In this document: positions 38,600 through 51,962 of the stretch, one piece after another | Layout: each line of letters opens with the position of its first letter | How positions within the stretch are numbered: the first letter of the stretch is position 1 | Assembly (NCBI RefSeq): GCF_036321535.1 | Contig: NC_087436.1 | Coordinates: 26,724,001 to 26,788,000, forward strand | DNA: 64,000 nt | Origin: Camelus dromedarius | Lineage: Eukaryota | Reading direction: 5' to 3' | Notes under the pieces: generated by a model | Seen by the model: the letters and a program-made list of their open reading frames with translations, nothing else | Databases searched by the model: none | Told to the model about the DNA's origin: nothing | Made by a program: the position numbers and the translations under genes

Positions 38600-39560
38600 T
38601 ATAGCATCCTTAGAAATATTCCCTGTCAAAGTGACTAATCAAAGACTGGACCAGCGAGACTCTAATCAGAAAAGTTGTCAACAGTAGTGACCCATTGCTG
38701 ACAGTCCTGAGAAAAATGATGGAAGGTCTGAGGTAGTCAGTCTGCCAGGGGACCAGGCAAGGCCCACACTTTGCAGTGAAGCCTTCCCTCACTGCAGGAC
38801 ACCCAGGTCAACTTCAGCAGGAATCATGAGACTGGTAAGGAGTGGTAGCCCCTACATTTGAAACCGAGAGCACTTTACTTTTGGCCCAGTCTCTGATAGC
38901 GGAAATGTTGCCATTTCTGTTACAAATGGATCCAGGCAGCAACGGTGGCAATCTGAGTCCTATGGGTGCCATCCACATCTTGATTCCAGTTGATGTCTTC
39001 ACAGAAAAGGTCCACGCTGTAGGCATCTACATGAGTGACCCACACTGTTCAATCAGTGTCTGTGATTCTTTCTCCATATTTCATGGGATCCAAAATAAAG
39101 ATGTTTTTAATCATTAACTTTTAGTTTTCTAAATGGCAGACCAAGTAGCTAGTTAGGCTATCTGGCAGCATTTCAAGAGTCAGTAAAACTCTCTCCAGAT
39201 TTATCAAGAAGGGGGAACATAGATCAGTGCTAGGAGAATTGCCTGAAATCCCACCCACAGAGTAGAACAACTGCATCCCTTTTGGATCTGCATGTCTGGC
39301 ACTGAGGCTGAGTAGTCACAACAGCCTAGTGGACATGTTCAGAATTTAGGTTTTTAGTTAACCATGCCCTGATGTTTAGGGGAAAGCCCACTGAAACACA
39401 GAATTTGCTTCAGGCAGTTTAGTGAGGGATGTCTCCCCAAAGGAATAAGCTGCTACTTTTTCACGTAAAACTGACTTGCCAGCTAGGACCAGGTGGGAAT
39501 CACTCACACATTATTCAGAATAGACAGATGAGAGCAGTAAGATGTGATTGGGGCACAGTT
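38600..39560 (-). mobile_element. Degenerate class-III (ERV-L-related) pol remnant: RNase H end and integrase N-terminus
   Basis: The minus strand translates to VWVTHVDAY...NWNQDVD...AAWIH, then AIRDWAK...HDSC (HHCC-like) and PWQTDYLRP (compare WQIDYIGP). LATWSA-like RNase H text lies upstream. Confidence 0.75.
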
Positions 39561-40104
39561 GGGAGTTCAAAGACAATGGTAACAGAATATGTTTTAAACT
39601 GTTTAGATAGTATGTAATTTCATTATTTCGTAAGCTATATGCATTTATACATATAAGTGTGTGCATACATACTCACATGCATATATATACATGCACATGT
39701 GTATATGAAATAAAAATAAATCTCATTATAGTACTTGCTCTTTAAGGCTTTAGTCCCACTCAGTTTTCTTCTTTCTACTGAAGTTTAAATTTTTAAAAAT
39801 ATTTTGATAGGTTTTTTTCAAATCTAAAATACAAATAAGGCTTTTCTATTATTAGTTTGTTTTCTCAAATCATTAGCATTTCTCAAATCACGTGCTAGGT
39901 TCTGGCAATACAAAGACCAGACTAAGCCTCATCATTACCTTTACTGTATCCACTGTTTCCCCAGCCTTTTCTAATCCCCCATGGCAGGGAAGCCGTCCTG
40001 CAAACAAACATAACACTTCTTGTCTTAGCTTCTCAGTGAACCCCCAAGCTGAAGTTCCTTTACAAGCTGTTCATAGTCCCTTCAAATAGCATGAAGTTTG
40101 TTCC

Positions 40105-40181
40105 TTAGGGCATCCAAGAAATAATGCCACCTGCCCTGGCTGTTTAGGCATCCAAGAAATAATGCCACCTGCCCTGGCTGT
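40105..40181. repeat. Tandem duplication, 38-bp period, 2 copies
   Basis: ggcatccaagaaataatgccacctgccctggctgt occurs at 40109 and 40147. Confidence 0.95.
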
Positions 40182-41324
40182 CTGAGGACATTTGTCCTGT
40201 GGAATATTAGGAATGTCCTTTCACATCACCACTGTCATATTGTCTAGCACACTGTGTGGCCATTCTAGAATTCTCACGTGAACTCAAGTTACTGTCTACT
40301 AGGGAACTGGATTACTTATTTAAATCACATTGTAGCTCACTGTAGCTTAAATCTTTCATGGTTCCCATGCCTGGATTCCTCAATCAACTTTTACCTATAA
40401 GTCCCTGTAAAAAGTTACAAGCCGTTCCCATGCTGCTTTGGGCTTTGTGCACCAGTAACACATCATTCAAATTATTTTTACCCTTTGAAATTCATGATGC
40501 TTTCTACAACTGCAAACCATCAGCTAATAACTCCCCTATTTTCTCAAAAATGTTTCCAATCTTCTTTAATATTCCTTAACACAACTAAAAACTATTTTCC
40601 CCAAATTTCTGCTTCACGTGTACATTTTTCAGATGAATGTTTTTCATCCCCCATGCTACACATGTATCAGTTCATTTTGGAGGTCCCTTCTGCCCTCACT
40701 CCCACTTTAACACTTTTTCTCCTTGTCTTTTTAGCATAACCTGCTATGAGACCTTTGCTTTTCAACAGGGCCACTTTTATGTACCGTATTTTTTGATGCT
40801 CATCTCATACACTGAAACACTTGAAGATCAGCTCTCTCTACCCTAAATAAGTTATCATGCTACCTGACTTCAAAGTCCAAAGGAGTGATCCACCCAAATG
40901 CTCACCTCTCAGTTTCTTACTTCTCATCTCATATGCCATTTAACTATCCGTATTGAGGTATATTTCATTCTGAAAATATTAAATTAAGTCATTGTGTCCT
41001 CCTATTATACCTTCAAACATCTGAATTTAATATTGTAGAGGACAAATATTTCAGAATGATGGTACTGCAGTGTATCACTTGTAGGTATTAGCTACAACAC
41101 ATACTCCACACTCTGCCTTCTCCCTCTCCAGTGACCCTCCACTTTCTCTGTATTCATCAGTCAATTCCTGTACTCACTTTACTAATCTCTAGATGTTATT
41201 ACATGGAAGTTTAGGTTAACCTTCCACTCTCTGACTGCTTGTCCTTTCCACATATCTGTCTTATGAAATCTTAATTTTAGGTGAATTCAACTGTCTTCCT
41301 ACCTACACCTAGACAGATGATCCT

Positions 41325-41823
41325 TGTTCCATATGGTAGATTGGGGCCACTGGGGCCATTGCATAGCCATTTTGTGTTCACCAGTGTCATATAGGCCCAC
41401 AGCGCTACCCATCAATCTTACTGTAACAATCACCCCACAGAGAAAGGATCAACTTTCTACCACCCTACCCAAAACTTGGTTTGTATATGCCACATGGGCC
41501 ACCAAAAGGGTATGGAAGGTTTATTACTCACAAAATGACCCTTTCTGGGAGACAGCAGAGAAGGCTTCTGAAGCTGGTTCAAAAATGACTCAAGAAGTCA
41601 GGGAAAGAAAGCTAATTTGAGGTTTTATGGGGTTAGCGGGTGCATCCAGGGCGATGATTTGCCATGTATTCTGGAAGGTGCTTATATAATTTAACTTCCC
41701 CACAAAGTTAAAGGAGGAGGTACTTAGGATTCCTTAATAGCTTGACAGATGTGGGGCAAACTGGAAAGAGGGAAAGGTGTGCTTAAAAGCTATCAGTAGT
41801 TTAATGATAGTCAGACTGTCACA
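41325..41823 (-). mobile_element. Old solo LTR (family not determined)
   Basis: TG...CA ends (tgttcc...tgtcaca), a minus-strand AATAAA ('tttatt' near 41520), and a GC-richer block than its flanks. Confidence 0.5.
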
Positions 41824-41832
41824 TCTACTATT

Positions 41833-42755
41833 CTTTTTTTCTGAGTTGAGTGATTTTATTTATTTATTTATTTATATTGAAGTATAGTCAGTTTACATGT
41901 TGTATCAATTTCTGGTGTACAGCATAATGTTTCAGTCATACATATACATATATTCCTTTTAAAATTCTTTTTCATTATAGGTTACTGTAGGATATTGAAT
42001 ATAGTTGCCTGTGCTATACAGCAGAAACTTTTGTTTATCTATTTTATATATAGTAGTTAGTATCTGCAAATCTTGAACTCCTATTTTATCTCTTTCTACC
42101 CCTCTTCCCCCTGGTTAACTATGAGTTTGTTTTCTATGTCTGTGAGTCTGTTTCTGTTTTGTAAATAAGTTCATTTGTATCATTTTTTTAGATTCCACAT
42201 GTAAGTGGTGCCATATGGTATTTTTCTTTCTCTTTCTAGCTTACTTCACTTAGAATGATGATCTCCAAGTCCATCCATGTTGCGGCAAATGGCATTATTT
42301 TATTCTTTAAGGCTGAGTAGTATTTCATTGTATAAATATACCACAGCTTCTTTATCCAATCATCTGTCAATGAACATTTAGGTTGTTTCCATGTCTTGGC
42401 TATTGTAAATATTGCTGCTATGAACATTGGGGTGCATTATCTTTTTGAATTAGAGTTCCCTCTGGATATATGCTCAGGAGTGAGATTGCTGAATCATATG
42501 ATAAGTCTATTTTTAGTTTTTTGAGGAATCTTTATACTGTTTTCCATAATGACTACACCAAACATGCATTTCTGCCAACAATGTAGAAGGGTTCTCTTTT
42601 CTCCATACCCTGTCCAGCATTCATTGTTTGCGGACTTTTGAATGATACCCATTCTGACTTGTATGAGGTGATACCTCATTGTAGTTTTGATTTGCATTTC
42701 TCTGATAATTAGCAATACTGAACATTTTTTCTGTGCCTATTGGGCCATTTGTATA
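41833..42755 (-). mobile_element. Young 5'-truncated L1 (ORF2 C-terminus plus 3' UTR) with a 14-bp TSD
   Basis: ORFs [17 protein letters not shown]... and MFIAAIFTIAKTWKQPKC...EIIILSEVS. TSD tcacatctactatt at 41819-41832 and 42756-42769. Confidence 0.95.
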
Positions 42756-45700
42756 TCACATCTACTATTATTGCCTGTTACTACCTGCTTGGTTTTCTGT
42801 TCCCCATGATGATCAGACCACTTCCATTCTTTACAAATGTCACTTCCCTTTATCTGAACTTTTAACTTACTTACCTTTATCTGAACTTTTAAATTTTCTT
42901 TAGAGAAAACTGAAGTTAGAATGTGGGCACTCTTTAAAGATCTTTCGTCTCCTGTCTCCAAAAATACACCTACCTGCCTTCATAGTCAGTTTTGCTTTTT
43001 CTTTCCTGTCTCATCTTGTTCTGATTGCAGCCCCCTTCACATTCTCAGGGACCTGGTTTGATTATCTCCTCCATCCTGTTGGTAATAATAAAAAATCGAT
43101 TTTTAAAATTTCCTTCAGTTGAAGCATAAGAAAAATACAAAAGTCCAGAACAGATATTTGTAAACAATTGGGAATGTTACATTCTCCTATATTATCTTCA
43201 TTTAGTTCTATTGTTCACCTGACATTGATTTTAGAGTGTGGTCTAAGATCAGGTCATCTTTAAATGACGGAATTCTTGGTTGTTACAAAAATACATAAAC
43301 AGATTGGGAAAAAGGAAATGATTGTTCTAAAGAGGAATAAAGAGTTATAGTGAGGAGGTAATTTTTGATTTAAATCATGATTGTTCAGGAGATAGATGGC
43401 AAAAAATAATAAGGAAAGGCCCAGGGACTAGCAATAGGGAGAATCATTTCCCCCACTCTAAGTGCTACCAGAGGGAGTGGTATAATTAGAAGTGGTCACA
43501 AAATGAATCCAAAGGGCAAAATAACCAGCACAGGTTGTAAAGGAAATAATATGCAAAAGTGTAAAATTTAGAAGAGATTTCTATGTGACAGAATTAAATA
43601 AACAAGATTTCTTGAAAGAATGGCAAATGTAGTAGAGTGCATGAAATGACTGGTCTTTAAACAAAACCAGAATATCAACGTGGAAAAAGAAATTTGTAAG
43701 GGGGAATCCAGATAATGAAAGAGAACTAAAGAAGAGCTCAAACGAATAAAATCCAACTTTTATGTTTTAAGTGTTACAAATATAACATTTAGTGATACTT
43801 GTATAAATCACATTTGGGAAATTCTGATTGATATGGGCTATATTAGAAACAGGAGCAGCAGAAACACTACAAAGAACTCTAATGTGATTGTCCAGGCATG
43901 AGAAGATTACTGTCTGTCAAGGATAATGGCTAAGAAGTGAAAAGTATAAGTTAAGAAGAAATTGTGGCAGACAAAATTACTTGGTATATTTAAGATATTA
44001 ATAAGGTGGGTGAGAAAAGAGAAAGAAATAAATACATTGGAGTGAAAACGGCCAGTTTAATTTTTGGGTAAGTCACAGATGGAACTGAATATAAAATTGT
44101 GACAGAAAGATATCTGGGCTAGAGGCAGCTTTTGGAATTGTCTCTTGATAGGTATGTAGTCAGAGCTCACAGGTTCTCTAAGGGCCTTATTATAAACAAA
44201 TATCAACGGAGGGCCAGAGACTTACTTAAATGTTCACAAAGCATGGAGTCTTGAAAATCTAGTGAGATGACAGGGCAGTCAACATTATCAGATAGTTCTG
44301 GGATGATGAAAAAAATAGTGGAAATTGTAAAATTTTTAAAGTGCAATTATCGGTAACTTATTTATTAATGTATTCATAAATTAAAATAATTGTATTGAAA
44401 TTTTTAGTTGAAAAGTATTGTTTCTGGTTTAGGCCCTGCTCTTATGCAGCACAAATATAATGGCAGGAAGATTTATAGACAGATTTCAATTGTGCTTAGC
44501 ATTAAAATTAATAAACTTCTAATTTAACAAGAAGTATTTAAAAGAAATCTATATCATCTCATTTTATTTTATATGAAATTTATGATTTCCAGTAACCATT
44601 CTCATATTTATTATAGATCTCTGTGACAATAAAATAGGATCAGGTATAAATTGAAAATTCAGAGCCAACTTACCTACTTAGGAATAATTGATTATTTATG
44701 AAGTTTTTGAATAGGATTTTTAATACCATCTTGGTATTTACTAGATGGATAGTAAACCACAGCAAATCTTACAGTTTCAAAAATAAAAAAGAGAACATTG
44801 ACAATTTAAAAATTAAATGAATGTGATAAAAAATAAATTATTATTGTGTTGGCTATCATTGCAGTTATCTAAGATACAAAAGTTACAGGCATTATATGGG
44901 AACAATAGATAGCAATTGTTTAATTCAATTCATATCACAAATTATAAGTCTCAAACTATATGAAACTAATATTATCATTCATTGTCCATCATTCCAGTTT
45001 CAAAGAGATACCTTGCTTTTCTCTTGGTGGTAAAAAGCAAGAGTTTCTTTTTTTAAAATAACCCAATAGTGTACACATACTTATGGCAATACAGATTTTA
45101 ATTTAGGATTTCATAATAGGTAATAAATTACACATATTTTCATGGAAATATGATAAATAATATTATTCAAATGTTTCAAACTATGGGAACAATAAAATTA
45201 AGATCAAATATAAAAATTTTATTTTCTTAGAATGTAAACCACTGGATATAGTACCTTTTAGGCATAATTTTCTCTTCCTTAAATGTTCCTTGCTATTAAG
45301 CCATATATTAAAAATATTTGTTTAAAATTGTATTTTCTTGTCCTCTTTCCAATTTACCTATTTACAGACCTCAAAATTATTAGAAATATAAAGAACTATA
45401 CCTTAGTTAACCCCAGTAGTTTTAAAAGAATATTGCTTAGGAATGACAATTAATAAAGCCCTTTTTAATCTTTTGATAGTACAAATATAGATACAAAAAT
45501 ATTTTGTTATTTTTTGCTACACAAAGGTCAGAATTGATGAGGTTGTCCTTACTTTACTTTCATTTTTTGGCCTGCAGTGGTAGTTGGTACTTGCTTATTT
45601 TTTGCTGTATAATTTAAGAAAAGTTTGGGGAAGTTAAATGAAATTAAACAACACTATCTTAAAAATATTTCATTAAGTGGATTTAAGACAATTTTATTTA

Positions 45701-46384
45701 TTCAACCTTTGATTTTTTAACACAGATTCTTTAATGCTCAACTATAATCTGTGTCAATATACCCTCCTTTATACTCCCATTTTCCTAAAATTATTATTTT
45801 ATAAATTACTTTTCTTTGTGGTTTGTTCTTATGTGATTTCCTTTTTCCACACTGAGTTCTGGTTTCTGTGGTTTACAAAGTGTTATGCTGCTAAAGGAAG
45901 TCAGTGCTTTGATGGTTTATAAGCCTTTCACTATTAAAAATAATTTATTATCGGCTATAAGGAAAGTATTACGGTAAGGAATAAAAAGGATAGGGGATGT
46001 ATTGAAGAAAATTTCCCACCTTATTGTACTTGGGACAAACTAAAAGAGTAAGAAAAAGACAAATTCAAGAATTCAGGTTCAAGAGTGATGGCTCACAGAC
46101 AAAATGGTGGGAATGGGATTTATGCATGTAATACATACTGAGGTTGGAGTGTGGAATTTTTGCCTTATTTTGTAGGAAATCTGTATTCTTCACCATACCT
46201 AAAACAGTATGTGTAAGCTTGAAAGCATGTTCTCTTACCTCAGTCCAAGTTCTTCAGAACTCTATATCTTGTGTTTTCATAGACTATAATTTTGTGTTAT
46301 AATGTCTTTCTCTCTTCCTCTTCATCTTTGTTTCTCTGTCTTTCAATGTTTCTCTCCCTCTGAAAAAGTTTAAAATAACTCTGT

Positions 46385-47040
46385 GAACTGTTATGTGAAT
46401 GATGTGGAAAAACTGGGACTCCTTCATTGTTGGTGACATCATAATTTGATATAATCACTTGGAAACAAATGTTTGGAAGGACATACTTACAAAAATTAAA
46501 GATAGGTATATTGTATGAACTAATCTGATTCTAGATATATAACAAAAAAGTAACTGAAAGGAATTAAGTGCTTATGTCTACCAAAAATGTACAAAAATGT
46601 TCAAACATGGTTTTTTTAATAGATAAAACCTAGAAACAACCTAATAGCCATTAACATTAGATTTGGTACTTTTTTCTTTTCTTTTTTTTTTTTTTAACAA
46701 AGGAACACTACACAGCAGTACTGGCACATATAAGAGCAAATAGAAAGATAATATTCATAATATTTTCTTTAAAGGAATCAAACACAAGAGAGTATTCTGT
46801 ATGATTCTACACATAAAAAGTCAGAAACAGTCATCACTAATCTATGGTGATAGCAGTCAGAAGAGTGGTTATTTTGGGGCTAAGACTAACATATGTGAAG
46901 GGGCCTTCCAGGGGAGTGGGGATGTTCTATACCTTGACCTGTTACATAAATGTATGTGCATGTGAAAATCCAACAATTGGGACACTAAGGATTTGTGGAT
47001 TTTACTGTAAGATATATTTTTATAAAGTCAATCAAAAAAA
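46385..47040 (+). mobile_element. Old L1ME-type 3' region
   Basis: 'gatgtggaaaaactgggactcc..ttgttggtg', 'ctagaaacaacc', 'tgtatgattc', 'actaatctatggtgatagcagtcagaagagtggtt'. Confidence 0.7.
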
Positions 47041-47159
47041 TGGCACTTCTGTCAAACATAGTCTGGGAAAATTGCAGTCTTTTTAGATAAATCTATACAT
47101 AGAGCATGGTATTAGAATAAAATATTTTCCTAGTTTACTTAATGGTTCCTAGGAATGGA

Positions 47160-47705
47160 TTTTTTTATTTTGTCATTTTTTGAAAGCTATTTTTGCTGGA
47201 TACAGAATTCAAGTTGGATTTTTTTTTCTTTCAGTATTTTAAGACCGTTGTGCCTCTGTCTTCTCACTATCATTATTTCTGACAAGAAATACACTGCTAT
47301 TTTTATATTTGTTCCTGAATACATTACTTCATTTATTCTCTATCTACTCTTCAGATGATTTTTATCTGTATCCCTAATTTTGGGCAATTTCTTTATAATA
47401 TGATATGGCTTGATACAGTTTTCCTTTGTGTTTCTTGTGCTTAAGATTGAGATTCCTGGATCTGTGGGTTTACGGTTTTAATCAAATTGGGAAAAATCTG
47501 GAGCAATATTTCTTTACATACTTTTGCTCTTCCTTCTCTTTTAGGCACTTAAATTACATATATATATATATGTATACGTATATTTAGCTGCTTGGACATT
47601 TTTCAGTTCATTGAAACTCTACTAAAACTTTTGGGGGGGTGTCTTTTTTTCTTCCTGTGTTTATTTTAGATAATGTCTATTTCTGTGTCTTCAAGTTCAC
47701 TTAGT
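47160..47705 (-). mobile_element. Old L1 ORF1-region fragment
   Basis: 'tttttgctggatacagaattcaagttgg', 'ttatttctgacaagaaat', 'ggatctgtgggtttacggttt..atcaaattggg'. Confidence 0.7.
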
Positions 47706-50700
47706 TTTTAAGCCTTTAAAACCATTTGAAACTACTTCTGCCTCTTTCCATTAAACAACCTCAGCAAGAATAAGCAAGAGATTAATTTAATAAGCGTACA
47801 TGGTGAGCAGAAAACCCATTCACTTGACATTCTGAATTGACATGAGCAATGGAAATTTAAGGTACACAAATATAAAAATAATTATTATACCATTTACATT
47901 TATTGTTCCCAGCCATTTAGAAAGTCAGCAAGACATATCATAGCAATATTGTAAAAAGGAAACTAAATATGGATTAAATATGGAATTGGTTTATTAAAGT
48001 TATATAAAATTTAATACTTTTTAGCAATTGACAAAGAATTGCTAATATGCCAGTTTAATTATTTTAGCTAGTTAGCAAAAAGTGATGGATAACAGATGTG
48101 TTCAGAAAACAAAACTGGGGAAACACCTGGTCTTTTTCCTCTGATTCTGAATAAACTGAAATATGCCTTCAGCCTCATTGGGCTGCTTTCTTTGACATCT
48201 TTCAAGAAACATGTCTTTAGAAATGTAACTAAATTGTTTCCCCTGAGTCAGTTATGAGTGATTTCTGCCATGGGGGGCATTCTCTCCACTATATGAAAAA
48301 GTGGACTCTAAAAGGAAGGTCATTTACATGAGAGAAAGAATACAAATCAAAAAACGTATGCTGCTCCTAGAGTCATCACATTGGTAAACTTAACTTCAGG
48401 TGAAATTAAACCACCTTAGAAACATAAATTTCTTTCATACCTTAAGGCATCGATTGCCTAAATTAAATGTCATGGATGAGCCCAAATAAACAAACATATT
48501 TCTCTTTCTGTAGGTAGCTAGTGGACTTCCCTACATTATTTTAGTAATGTTTAGGAGAAAACTTACTGATTCCAATTCCCTCTCTTCTTTTAAAGATCTC
48601 TATTAATTACAGTGTATAGCAGTGAGTTGGGAGCTATGTCTGTAGGGGTGGGACTTCTCACCTTCTTACAATTGCAGTTATTTAAAAAATAGGTTTGAAA
48701 TACCTTGCTTTATTATTATTTTATTTTTAGTAAAAAATATCTGAAAATGTTCAGCTTCTCACTTCAATCCTGTTTTAAAAAATGCATTATAAACATAATA
48801 AAATATATGCATTTTTCTTCAACCTAGAAAAGCTTTTTGTCATAACAAGAAAATGAGGATTATATTAGGTACAACAATAAAAGGATGAACTAAGGAGCAC
48901 TCTTGGTTTTAGTTATGTAATCTCATTTTAAGTAATGGTGCTAGAATCAGAACAAAAAGTATAAGCAGGAAAACCTGTGGTATTTACTAATGACTAAGCT
49001 TCAGTCAACCTCTCAAATCATCTTGATATTAAATTGTGAACCTCTCTGATAGATGCTCCTGACCCAGCTCTGACAAAGATCCTAAAATAAAGTACAGCAG
49101 TACCACATTACTTCCTCATTGTAACCCAGTATCCTTGGCATAAACAGTCTTTATATCAAATAGAATACCAGGGCAACAAATTATGTTTATAAGGACAGAA
49201 ACAGAAAAGAGGCAAAGGTGTTTGGGGAATATGTTTCAGAGTATATTTATATGGTCCCAAACTATACTTTTATTCTTATTTTTTCTTCTAAACAGAGACA
49301 CCTAAAGATAGAAGTGTAAGGAAGTGTATTTGATACCAGTACAATATACTGTGATTGATATGTGCCCAGGTGCCTAACAGTGAACCAATGTGAGAAAGAC
49401 AATACTGCATATTTCAGGACATTGATAAGACTGGAGAATGTAGCACAACTGACCGGTGGCCTAGAACTATTAACAGTATCCTCTTGGTGACTCTAGCATT
49501 ATTAAGAGCTGGTGATAATGCGGGCACCTTCAAAAGTCATTATACCTTGTATATCAGTGTGTCCAGTAAAGTTGGCAAGGCATCATGTGATTACACATAA
49601 GAAAAGAAACAATTGTTCATGAACTCACAAGAGATCAACCAAAGACTAGTATGTAATATGGTATAGACTTGGGGAGGACCAAATGGAGTAACTTGTGCAA
49701 AAGTTCCACAGAAATTGCATTAATCTTTAAAATATTATTTGAAATATTTCTTATCATTTTAACATATACATATATAGTATGTGAATTAATGAGTATTAAT
49801 TAATATCTAGGACTTTGCTTTTAAAAAACTAATGAACTTGACAAATCCAAAAATAGAAGTGTCTTTAAAAGTCAATAATGTACATAATGAATTAGATCCT
49901 TCCTTATTCTCTTTCCTTTTCTCTTTCTTCCTTTATTTAATAAACCTTTATTGAGTATTTGTTCAGAGCTAGGCACTGGGTATAAAATCCCAAATAAGCA
50001 TGACTGATGTCATTGGGGAGATCACAGTTTAGTAAAGGAGCTGCAATAAAGTGTACCATAACTGCTATAGAAATCAAATTGCCACAGGAATACTTTTATG
50101 ACCCAGTTACAAACACAAAGTTCCTGCAGAGAACAACTAGTCTTTAAAATTTTTCTCATAATAATTTGGCTACGTTTCTTTCATAAAATATAACATTAAT
50201 CAGCAACATGTAACTATTGACCAAAGGGAATTATAAATATATCACTCAAAGATCTGGGCTAAAATTGGCTGGATACTTAGAGCAATAGGAATAATGAAGG
50301 CATGTGGGAAAGCTGACAATCAGGAGTATTTATGAGAATACTGGGTATTATTGTAAATATCTGGATAGGCAGTTTCCTTTTATGGAGGGAATGTAGTTTT
50401 ATATTGAAATCAAGAATCTTATGCTTTAATGAGATTTGGTTATACAAGATATGTGACTGAATAAATTCATACTATTTATTTATAAAAATCACTTGGTTCT
50501 TTTTTTCTGAGGTAAATTTTTAAGGGCTAATATAATTACAGAGATAGAAAAATATGTGAAATCTATGGATATTTACTCCCATGTTGTCTTTGATTGTGTT
50601 GCTCATTAAGGTACAATTTTTTCTTATTATTAAGATATGAAAAGTGCACCTTAAAATCTGAACAGTATATTACTTGTGAGTAATCTGTCAAATGGCATGG

Positions 50701-50987
50701 CATGAGACTATGCTGATAATATTGACTAATATTAGGCCTGGGAATTACAGGTTATCTTTATACATGGTTTATGTACATTACTTTGGATATTTTTAAGGTT
50801 GATGGACATAATTCCATTAAACATTCTGGTTAAAATTTTAACTATCTCAATTGAGATTTAAGATTTTAAGATTTATTATATATCTATAGTAATAGATTGT
50901 CATTTTGCCACAGAGACAGAGACACACAGATCCATGGAACAGAATAGAGAACCCAGAAATAGACCCACACAAATATGCTCAACCTAC

Positions 50988-51300
50988 TTTTTTAATGGAG
51001 TTAATTTTTTAGAGCAGTTTTAGGTTCACAGCAAAACTGGGTGCAAAGTACAGAAAGTTTCCATATACCATCTGACTGCATACATGCACAGTCTCCCTGA
51101 TTCTCAGCATCTCCCAGGAGAGTAGTACTTTTGTTACAATCAATGAATCTACCTTGACACATTATTATCAATCCATGCTGATAGTTTACATTAGGGTTCA
51201 CTTTTGATGATGCATATTCTATGGGTTTTGATGAATGTATAATGACACATATTCATTATTTTAGTGTTATACACAATAGTTTCACTACCCTAAAAATCTT
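50988..51300 (-). mobile_element. L1MC/MD-type 3' UTR end nested in the opposite orientation
   Basis: 'ttttagagcagttttaggttcacagcaaaactg...tacattagggttcact...ctatgggttttga'. Confidence 0.8.
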
Positions 51301-51962
51301 CTTGTGATCCATCTAACTTATTTTTGCCAAAAATGCAAAAGTAATTCAACTCAAGAAGAAGAGCCTTTTAAATAAATGGTACTGGAGCAATTGATATCCA
51401 CACACAAATAAAAGAAATTTGACTTGAACTTCACACCAAAAAAAAAAAAATTAATTAAAATGAATTACAGAATTAAATGTAAGATAAAAACTTTAAAACT
51501 TTCACAAGAAAATAAAGGAGAAAATCTTTGAGAACTAAGGCTTGGAGAACAGTTCTTAGATTTGATACCAAAAGCAAGAGCCTTAAGAAAAAAATCAATA
51601 CATTGGACTTTATTAAAAACAAAACAAAACACAAGTTTGTTCTGCAAAATAACCTGTTAAGAGAGGCTACAGACAGAGAGAAAACATATATATAAAACAC
51701 ATATCTGACAAGGGACTCATATTTTGAATATATGAAGAACTTTCTCAGAATTCCCAAGTAAAAATCAAACAAACAAAAAATCCAAGTCAAAAAATGGGCA
51801 AAAACATGAAAAGACATTTCACTGAGGAGGATATGTAGATGGCAAATAAGCACATGAAAAAATCCTTCACATCACTATCCATTCAGGAAATGCAAGTCAA
51901 AACCACAGGAAGATATCCTATATAGCTATTAGAAGAGATTACACAAACAGAAAAAACAGTAG

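Noticed and set aside
38600..39120. GC-richer block with overlapping ORFs as a cellular exon or processed pseudogene
   Set aside because: The minus-strand translation matches class-III ERV RNase H and integrase motifs, with frameshifts.
34959..42895. Short direct repeats (34959, 40105, 42848) as a CRISPR-like or programmed array
   Set aside because: Each is an unrelated two-copy local duplication with no spacer structure, and the DNA is mammalian.
43463..43480. ctaccagagggagt as a CTCF site
   Set aside because: Partial match only, and it cannot be distinguished from chance without a PWM score or ChIP data.
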